Of a stretch of 64,000 nucleotides of DNA, positions 10,814 through 18,204 are shown one piece after another. The stretch lies in contig CAVTRY010000011.1 in the NCBI GenBank assembly GCA_963737265.1, positions 256,001-320,000 of the forward strand. Direction: 5' to 3'. Position 1 is the stretch's first letter; every line of letters begins with the position of its first letter. Source of the stretch: an uncultured delta proteobacterium. GTDB lineage: Bacteria > Myxococcota_A > Polyangia > Fen-1088. The position numbers and the translations under genes were made by a program. Below the pieces are notes generated by a model. The model had not been told where the DNA came from. It saw only the letters and a list, made by a program, of their open reading frames with translations, and did not search any database.

Positions 10814-10830
10814 ATGCAATCTAGTTGCAG
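10814..10830. promoter_or_regulatory. Putative Zur/Fur-family box
   Basis: ATGCAA-TCTAG-TTGCAG, just upstream of the MerC-like ORF. Confidence 0.6.
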
Positions 10831-10864
10831 CGGCGCGGAGGCCAGACCATGGTTAGCGTGAGAC

Positions 10865-11287
10865 ATGTCGGTGTTCACCACTCCATCCCCTGGCGCGGAA
10901 CTGGTTGTAGCGATGCTGGGCGGCTCCGCGACTCTGCGCGGGCTCGGCGCGCGGGCATCGGATTCCGACCGCGTTGGGATTGTCGCCTCAACTCTTTGTG
11001 CGGTTCATTGCGCCGGCACGGCTGTCCTGGCGGGTGCCTCCGGTATCGGTGCGCTCTTCGCGGACGAACGCCTCGAGGTCGGCTTCTTCGTCTGTGCAGT
11101 CTCCGTCGCTCTCGTGGCCCTCGTGCGCGGCTGGCGCCGCCATCGCTCGAGGATGCCTGGCGCTGTAGGCTCGTTCGGCATCGTCATTCTGCTGGCCGCG
11201 CGATGCGGGGCGACCGCGAGCTCCGCTGCGGAAGCAATGCTCTCCGTGGTTGTGTGGCAATGGGGCCTTGTCGCTCGCCCAAGGTAG
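10865..11287 (+). pseudogene. MerC-domain membrane protein, C-terminally truncated
   Basis: DRVGIVASTLCAVHC motif, hydrophobic helices, GWRRHR. Runs into a TonB-dependent receptor fragment. Confidence 0.7.
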
Positions 11288-11714
11288 GGACATTACGTCT
11301 TCGCAGTTCCTGTTTGATTCGGACGAGTTGAGCTACACCCAAGGCCATTGGGTCCATATGTGCCACGATCAACTCCTCACGGCCTCCGCAGGCGCCGCCT
11401 ATGTCTTGCAAGAGAGTTTTGGAAGAACGCGTCCGTACGTGGACATGCTTTTCGGAAGTGGATTGCGGAAGGATTCGGCATCGCCCACTCTCACGGTCCC
11501 AGATGGTGCGCACGTCCCGGCGTACTGGACGCTGAACCTGGGGGTCGTGCAGGATTTCAATCTCGGCAAGATCCACGTTTTGAAAGCTCGAATCGACGTC
11601 ATGAATGTGACCGATAGGCTTTACCAGCTGCGGGATGGCACCGGCATCGGGGTGAACGCCGCCCAGTACGGGATGCGGCGGGGAGTGTTCGGCTCGCTCA
11701 GCTTGACGATCTAA
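11250..11714 (+). pseudogene. C-terminal fragment of a TonB-dependent receptor
   Basis: Beta-strand pattern YWTLNLGV, ARIDVMNVTDRLYQLRDG, QYGMRRGVFGSLSLTI. Only ~150 aa. Confidence 0.75.
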
Positions 11715-11719
11715 GCGCC

Positions 11720-11865
11720 TACCCTCGCCTGAAGGCGAGGGGTTCGCGAGCACGCCGGCCGACTGAAGTCGGCCCAGCCGGCGTGCTCTGGGAGCTGAAC
11801 GGAGTTGACCTAGCCCACCGGCGCTTCGCGCCTCCTGAAGGCTTCGCCTAAAGGCGAGGGGTTTC
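11720..11865 (+). mobile_element. Non-autonomous IS200/IS605-like palindromic mini-element (no ORF)
   Basis: Paired subterminal hairpins CCCTCGCCTGAAGGCGAGGG (11722) and CTTCGCCTAAAGGCGAGGGGTTTC (11842). Internal stem GAGCACGCCGGC...GCCGGCGTGCTC and a GTTGACC motif. Confidence 0.6.
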
Positions 11866-11990
11866 AAATTGGAGTGAGCCGTTCATAGTCATGGTCCTTT
11901 CACACGACCACGTGCCCGCCGAGGATCGTCGGAACCTTCTCGCGTGTGCTCACGTTGGCACGGAGGGCGGCGCGGGGGTAGGGTGCTGCG

Positions 11991-12561
11991 ATGACTCCCA
12001 CGCTGCGGCCGGATAACCTGGTCTGGATCGATCTCGAGATGACGGGTCTCGATCCTTGCGTCGACGTCGTCTTGCAGGCGGCGCTGGTAATCACCACCGC
12101 CAACCTCGAAACGCTGGACGAGCTCGCCGTCGACATCCGCCAGACGGAAGAGGTTCTGGCGTGCATGTCGCCTCACGTGCGCGAAATGCACACGCGCACC
12201 GGATTGGTTGACCGCGTGCTGCGCTCCACCGTCGACGCTGGCGACGCCGAGCGACTTCTGTTGGCGCGCATCGCCGTATGGTGTCCTTCACCGGCGATGC
12301 TGTGCGGAAACTCGATCTGGAACGATCGCCGTTTTATCGCGCGCCATATGCCCGCACTCGATCGATACCTGCACTACCGGGTTGTGGACGTGTTCGAGCA
12401 TCAAGGTCCTCGCCGGCCGATGGTACGGCGAGGCGGCGGTCTTCGCGAAGCCGACCGTCGGAGCTCACGACGCGAACATCGACGTCAAGCTCTCAATCGC
12501 CGAGCTACGGCACTATCGGGAAACGTTGTTTCGTGTGCCGAGCGTTGACGTGCCTGGCTGA
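11991..12561 (+). CDS. orn: Oligoribonuclease, with a +1 frameshift near 12392 (probable sequencing indel)
   Basis: LVWIDLEMTGLD, EMHTRTGL, LCGNSI..DRRF, HYRVVDV, continuing as SSIKVLA...HDANIDVKLSIAELRHYR in the next frame. Confidence 0.85.
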
Positions 12562-12616
12562 GCTGTTACGTTTGCGCACTACCCACGGATCGACAGGGAG
12601 TTGTCTTTGAGGGTGG

Positions 12617-12788
12617 CCGCGGGCATGCGCAGGTGCGCCGAGGCCAGGAGCTCGCTGTCGAGCAAAACCTCCTCGGGCAGGCCTTGGCGGGCGAGTTGGC
12701 CGTGGGCAAGCACTGGCGCTGAGGTGGTCGAGAAATGCGAGGAAGTGCGCGCTGCCCGTTGGCATTCATGCCGGCCGTCGATGGTTCG
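12617..12788 (-). pseudogene. Degenerate, internally deleted duplicate of the 3' part of the ECF ATPase at 14052-14286
   Basis: Shares the peptide LAHGQLARQGLPEEVLLDSELLASAHLRMPA and near-identical DNA with 14052-14148. Confidence 0.75.
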
Positions 12789-12807
12789 CATCCTCGGACA
12801 CCAGCGT

Positions 12808-13233
12808 CTACGGCGCCCTCATCAGGATTCGGAATCCCGCTTGCGCAAAGTGCTGATCGGGAGTCGCTGCCTCGGTCGCTGCGTGGTCGAGCATGATCTC
12901 CATGCTCAAACAATCAGTCAGGCTCCATGTCTTATCCGCGTGGGCGGCGTACCGGGCCTCGGCGCGGTCCAGTAGTTGTGGAGTCAAGCGCTCAATGGTC
13001 CAGCCAGCCATCCTTTGGCGCAGGCGGCGCAGCCATGACGCTGCGAGTGCCCGCAAAGGGCTGCGGGCGAAGAAGTTCCCAAACTCGATCAATACCGCGT
13101 CGGTCGTCACGAGAGCTTGCCCAGACTTCTCCCAACTCCGGGCCAAGGTCTTGGCCTGGGCGTGAAGCGAGTCCTTCTGGTTGATGAGGGCGACCAGGTA
13201 GCCCGTGTCGATCAGTATTGCCGCCTTAGCCAT
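12808..13233 (-). CDS. PIN-domain (VapC-like) toxin
   Basis: ILIDTGYLVAL, TTDAVLIEF, WSLTDCLS, DQHFAQAGF. Confidence 0.9.
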   Translation of the reverse strand: MAKAAILIDTGYLVALINQKDSLHAQAKTLARSWEKSGQALVTTDAVLIEFGNFFARSPLRALAASWLRRLRQRMAGWTIERLTPQLLDRAEARYAAHADKTWSLTDCLSMEIMLDHAATEAATPDQHFAQAGFRILMRAP

Positions 13234-13657
13234 CGTGGTTTTCGTAAAGGTACTGGTCGACGTTCTGACTGCCGTCGGTGCGGTCATCGCGACCGGCCTC
13301 CCCTACCAGAGCAGAGAGAAATGCTCCGGGGCTGCTGTTTGGCGGCGCGCCAGGAAGCGGCGAGTTGGGGTTGGGGATCACCTGATGAATCTTCACTTCT
13401 ACCGTGTCGCCGCCGTTGATTCCCGTGACGGCCGCAGGGACGGCGAATTCATTATCGTAGGTCAGGTCCGCCAAGAGGTGATTCCATCGGCCCTGTCCCT
13501 GCCGTCTGATCGAGTAGCGCACAATATGGTTGCTGGGCCGTCGAGTCAGCCCCAACCGCCGTTGCTCGGCGGCGGGAATTGCGATCAATCGATTCTTCGT
13601 CCGGTGGACCATAGCCGAAAACCTGGCCAGGGTAGTCGCAAGATTGGGGTTTGCCAT
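13226..13657 (-). CDS. Putative antitoxin with two AbrB-like segments and a D..NxDxYLY tail
   Basis: Overlaps the PIN gene start by 8 nt. RLIAIPAAEQRRLGL, EFAVP...GDTVEVKI, C-terminal TDGSQNVDQYLY. Confidence 0.65.
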   Translation of the reverse strand: MANPNLATTLARFSAMVHRTKNRLIAIPAAEQRRLGLTRRPSNHIVRYSIRRQGQGRWNHLLADLTYDNEFAVPAAVTGINGGDTVEVKIHQVIPNPNSPLPGAPPNSSPGAFLSALVGEAGRDDRTDGSQNVDQYLYENHDG

Positions 13658-13908
13658 ACCGGGAATTGTGCTGCGTCCTTGGAACTTAGTCAAGTCGCGC
13701 ATTGATGACTTGATAAGCTCTGGGCGTCGCTATGCTGCATTGCTGAGCGGTCCTTGCGTTGCTCAGGGCTCTAGGCCAACCACCCATACCCCATGCCGTC
13801 TCCGATCTCCCCCTTCGACGTGCGGCTGTGGAACCGGATGGAACCGTGGCAGCATTGACGGTCCTCGCCGATCCGGGCCGCGGCTTTGGACCGGCTTTGA
13901 ACGCCCAC

Positions 13909-14382
13909 CTACCGCTGACAGCCACTCTCGATATCCAAGACCCCACGGCCATCCGACTGCAGCAGGCGAACGAGTTGCTCCATGGTCCTTGGTATTTCGC
14001 ACACATTGGGTATGGAACGCGGACCGTATGCCAAGCGAAAGCCTTCGATCACCGCGGGCATGCGCAGGTGCGCCGAGGCCAGGAACTCGCGGTCGAGGAG
14101 AACCTCTTCGGGCAGGCCTTGGCGGGCGACTTGGCCGTGCGCGAGCACGACGACCGACTCGGCCCACGCCAGCGCCAAGTCGGTATCGTGAATGGCTAGC
14201 ACGACCGTCGTTCCGCTGGCGCTCAACCGATGGAGGAACGCCAAGAACTGTATGCTGCCCGTGGCGTCCATGCCGGCCGTGGGTTCGTCGAAGATGAGCA
14301 CGTCGGGTCGCATGGCCATGATGCCCGCGATGGCGGCCCGCTTGCGCTGACCACCGCTCAGCATTATACGGGCAGTCAGCAT
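13909..14382 (-). pseudogene. ECF/CbiO-type ABC ATPase, N-terminally truncated (no Walker A)
   Basis: Begins at LSGGQRKRAAIAG, then LIFDEPTAGMD and IHDTD. Confidence 0.75.
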
Positions 14383-14385
14383 CGG

Positions 14386-15446
14386 TCACGCCCTTGGGCC
14401 ACGCCAGGCAATCAGCTTGCCGGATTCGTACGCGACCACCAGGACGTCTCCTTTGGGGCTCCAGACGATCTTCGCCGCCGACGAGTCCCCTATGCCGAAT
14501 GCAAGCGGCTTTTTCGGCTGGCGCGCGTCCCAAACGAACACCGCACCATCGCGACCGACACTCGCAAGCAGGTATCCACCGGCCTGGAACGCGACATCGG
14601 TGATGGCGTTGGCATGGCCAAGACCGATCTTCGGTTGGGTGCCCGCGGGTCCCTTGCCCGAGAAATCCCAGATACAGAGCCCCTCGCCACCACCCGTGGC
14701 AAGGTATCGGCTGTCCGCGCTCCAACTGAGTTGCTTCACCTTCACCGGATAGCCCGACATCTCAAGGCCCTCGCCCGAGGCGGCCTCCAGATGTGCACGG
14801 AGGCGTCTTGCGACCCGCAGACGATCCACTTGCCGTCCGGGCTCACGCGCATGCAGATGAGCGAGCCCTTCCACTGAAAGGCGCGGCCTGACTTTCCGCT
14901 CGCCGCATCCCAGAAGCGCAGACCTCCGTAGGCGCTGGTCACGAGGCGATGGGAGTCAACGGGCCCTGCCAGACCGCTCGCGGTGCTCGGACGGACGAAT
15001 GCATGGATGGATTTGAGGTCCGGGCTCCAAACCTTGACCAGCTTTCCAGACCCGGTTGCCAGGCGGCTGCCGTCGGGAGTCCAACCCAGAAGCTCCACCC
15101 AGGCGGCGCCTCCCTCGGCTTCGGCGAGCGGATCGGATGAGCTCGCGGACCATAGCCGGACGCGCCCATCTTGGCCACCCGAGGCGAGGCGACTTCCGTC
15201 GGGAGACCAGGCGAGCGCGAGCGCACCAAGCGCGTGGCCTGCCACCTTTCTCCGGGATCTGCCGTTCGGCCCCATCAGATAGATGCGGCCTTCGCCTCCA
15301 GCCACGGCCAGGGTCTCGTGGCCCTGCGACCAGGCCATGTCGATGGGGAAGTCGCCGATTTCGGTTTGCCACAGGATCTCCAGCACGGGGACATTGGCCA
15401 CCGCCTTCGCAAACGCATCCGCCTCGGGCGCGATCAGCGCAGGCAT
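14386..15446 (-). CDS. WD40-repeat protein associated with the COG0523 GTPase, frameshift near 14788 (probable homopolymer error)
   Basis: [21 protein letters not shown] and [14 protein letters not shown] repeats. Split between ORFs 14742..16118 and 14386..14874. Confidence 0.82.
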
Positions 15447-16810
15447 GCGCGGAATCCTTCGTTCAATGCGGTCGCGTCGAGATCGCGGCCGATGAACACC
15501 AACTGATTGGACCGCTTCTCTTTCCCCCACGGCCGCTCGGGCTCGCCGTCGAACAACATGTGGACGCCTTGGAATACGAAGCGCCGATCCTGATCGGCAA
15601 TGCTGACGATGCCTTTCATGCGGAAGATGTTGGTCCCTTGCTCCATGAGAGTCTTCGACACCCACGCGTTCAACTTCTTCTCGTCCAGGTCGCCATCGGC
15701 CACGATGCTGACCGAGGTCACGGTGTTGTCGTGCACATGCCCTGGGTTGTACTGGTGAACCGAGATAGGCTCGACGGCTTCGCCATCGCGGCGCACGAGC
15801 CGCATGGCGAACTCCGAGGGCAGGTGCTCGGTGTAGAGCACGACATGACCCGGGTAGGGGATCTCGATCAGGACGCGTTTCTCGCCCTTTCGCTTGAGGT
15901 CGATGCGATAGAGCACGCCAGGAAGAAGATAGCCCCCCGTGGCGGGATTGCTGCGCCTCTCGGAGATCAGGCTGACCGCCTCGGCACGTGCCGCTATCAA
16001 CTCCTTGTCGCGTGTATTCGGGATCGGGAGCAAGAGCACGTCCATCGACGGATCGGGGCTGCCATCCTGGAGGGTCAGCACGTGCTCGCCCTTGCCGAGG
16101 CGATACACGCCAGACCACTCGAACGGGTACTCCGGCTCCAAGAAGGCCGGCCGGGTGTCCAAGGCACGCGTGAGATCGAAGCCGCCAACATCGAGAACGT
16201 GGTCCAGATCGATGTCGGCGTTGCGCGTTCGGTGAATGCGAGCCATCGCGTTCATCGAGCGGATCGTCCGCTCAAGGGCGTCAAGCTCCTGCTCGGACAC
16301 CAGGTCGACCTTGTTGAGCAGGATGACGTCGGCAAACGCGATCTGCTCCTGGCACTCTTTGCTGTCCCTGACGTGGAGCGAGACGTGTTTCGCGTCGACG
16401 AGGGTTACGATGCCGTCGAGTCGCAACTGATCCCTCACCTCGTCATCGACGAAGAAGGTTTGCGCGACCGGGGCCGGGTCGGCGAGGCCCGTCGTCTCGA
16501 TGAGAATGGCATCGAGCCTATCCCGCCGTTTCATCAGATTACCGAGGATGCGAATGAGATCCCCGCGCACGGTGCAGCAGATGCATCCGCTGTTCATCTC
16601 GAAGATCTCTTCCTCGGCACCAATGACGAGGGCGTTGTCGATACCCACTTCGCCGAACTCGTTCTCGATGACCGCGATTCTCTTTCCGTGGTTTTCCGTC
16701 AGGATCCGGTTGAGAAGCGTGGTCTTTCCCGAACCCAGAAAACCAGTAAGGACAGTGACAGGGACGCAGTCCTTCTCCGAAGACTCGTCCGTGGATTGTT
16801 GATTCGCCAT
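15434..16810 (-). CDS. COG0523/CobW family G3E metallochaperone GTPase
   Basis: [39 protein letters not shown], and a CobW_C domain (FRMKG, QGVH). Confidence 0.95.
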   Translation of the reverse strand: MANQQSTDESSEKDCVPVTVLTGFLGSGKTTLLNRILTENHGKRIAVIENEFGEVGIDNALVIGAEEEIFEMNSGCICCTVRGDLIRILGNLMKRRDRLDAILIETTGLADPAPVAQTFFVDDEVRDQLRLDGIVTLVDAKHVSLHVRDSKECQEQIAFADVILLNKVDLVSEQELDALERTIRSMNAMARIHRTRNADIDLDHVLDVGGFDLTRALDTRPAFLEPEYPFEWSGVYRLGKGEHVLTLQDGSPDPSMDVLLLPIPNTRDKELIAARAEAVSLISERRSNPATGGYLLPGVLYRIDLKRKGEKRVLIEIPYPGHVVLYTEHLPSEFAMRLVRRDGEAVEPISVHQYNPGHVHDNTVTSVSIVADGDLDEKKLNAWVSKTLMEQGTNIFRMKGIVSIADQDRRFVFQGVHMLFDGEPERPWGKEKRSNQLVFIGRDLDATALNEGFRACLR

Positions 16811-16857
16811 GAAGCTCTCCCTTGATGAGTGCAGATGGTATAGCTGGCGCCGGGCTC

Positions 16858-16878
16858 ATATGCAAGTCTGTTGCATAT
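16858..16878. promoter_or_regulatory. Putative Zur box between the divergent COG0523 and zur-like genes
   Basis: Perfect arms ATATGCAA-GTCTG-TTGCATAT. Confidence 0.8.
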
Positions 16879-16955
16879 ATTGAAAAGGAAGATCGTCGAG
16901 TTGCGAACCCGCGCGCGACCTATGATAGAATGACGGTCAAAGAGCAGGAGACACG

Positions 16956-17426
16956 GTGCGAAGGAATGCGAAGAACCCGGAGACTCAGCAGAGAATCGAC
17001 GACAAGGTGCGGACCTTGCTCGCCAGCGCCAAGTTGCGCCACACCCGGCAGCGGAGTGGAATCCTCGGACTGCTGGTCGAGAAACCAGGGCCCTTCAGCA
17101 CCCAGGAGATCCGTTCTCTCCTTGGCCAGGAGACCTGCGATCCGGTGACGATTTACCGTGTTCTGGAGAACTTCGAGAAGGCACGTATCGTGCGCCGATG
17201 TGACTTTTCGGATGGGGTTGGGCGGTATGAGCTCGCCGCGGGCGACAAGCACCACCATCACCTCGTCTGCACCGGGTGTCGGCGCGTCGAGGATCTGGAC
17301 GTCACGGACTGCCCGACCCAGAAGCTTGAGCGCTTGGCCCGCGCGCGCGGCTACGCGGAAGTCGAGCACTCGCTCGAAATCTTCGGACTCTGCCCGCGCT
17401 GCCAGACCATCGCCGGTCCCGGCTAG
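16956..17426 (+). CDS. Fur-family metalloregulator, probably Zur
   Basis: TRQRSGIL, VTIYRVL, HHHHLVCTGC, GLCPRC. Flanked by zinc-starvation-type genes. Confidence 0.9.
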   Translation: MRRNAKNPETQQRIDDKVRTLLASAKLRHTRQRSGILGLLVEKPGPFSTQEIRSLLGQETCDPVTIYRVLENFEKARIVRRCDFSDGVGRYELAAGDKHHHHLVCTGCRRVEDLDVTDCPTQKLERLARARGYAEVEHSLEIFGLCPRCQTIAGPG

Positions 17427-17512
17427 GCTCCGGCCAGGGTCTTGGCTTGCCTGCGCAGGCGGAATTGCTCCGTGACGCCGCCGATGAACAGCGTGGCGAC
17501 TCCGGCCCATTC

Positions 17513-17535
17513 GATATGCAAGTCAATTGCATATC
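17513..17535. promoter_or_regulatory. Putative Zur box upstream of the leader peptide/TBDR operon
   Basis: Perfect arms GATATGCAA-GTCAA-TTGCATATC. Confidence 0.8.
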
Positions 17536-17760
17536 AAGATTACGGGATTATGCACAGCCGATGTGGCGACGCGGTACCAGCGGGTGCGAGCGTCGTAGGT
17601 GGCGAACGAATGCCTCCTTTGCGAGCCGCGCGACGGAATGGCAAATCATTGGAAGGATCCAACATTCGACTTGCTCGTGACCGACGCGTGGCTCATATTC
17701 CGGCGCAGCATGCTGGCGCGAACGGATAGAGACAGGCCGCTTCTGCCCCGTAAGGGTGCT

Positions 17761-18156
17761 GTGGTGGCCAGACTGTTCGCTGCGGCACTGATCGCCGCCG
17801 TCGGATTCGCGCAGTTCTCGGCCTTCCGGCACGAGGCCAACGTCAGGCACGTGGAATGTGCGGAGCACGGAGAGGCGATCGATGTCGGAATCGTCTCGAA
17901 CCTGGGACCGCCTGCCGTGCACCATCGCGCTGCCGGCACGGGGATGGAAGGGGCCGATAGTGCAGGGGTCTCGCCCCACGAACACTGCTCCGTCGTCTTA
18001 GCGTTTCGGGCAAGCGCGCGAGCACAGATGGTAAGGCTGGCCACGCGTTTCGTTCCGCCGGCAATTGTCGTTAGCCGGATTAGTGCTCCGGCACCGCGAC
18101 CTGGACGCGCGTTCGTCCTCGCTCGTGCGCCGAAGACCTCGCCCCCGTCGGTCTGA
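17761..18156 (+). CDS. Small exported His/Cys protein, DUF2946-like candidate leader peptide
   Basis: Signal-like N-terminus, HEANVRHVECAEHGE, HEHC, Pro-rich C-terminus LARAPKTSPP. Lies directly upstream of the TBDR. Start uncertain. Confidence 0.6.
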   Translation: MVARLFAAALIAAVGFAQFSAFRHEANVRHVECAEHGEAIDVGIVSNLGPPAVHHRAAGTGMEGADSAGVSPHEHCSVVLAFRASARAQMVRLATRFVPPAIVVSRISAPAPRPGRAFVLARAPKTSPPSV

Positions 18157-18204
18157 TCCATTTCGATCCGTCGACGTGGGTGGACCCTAGCTCCAGCGCG
18201 CGCT

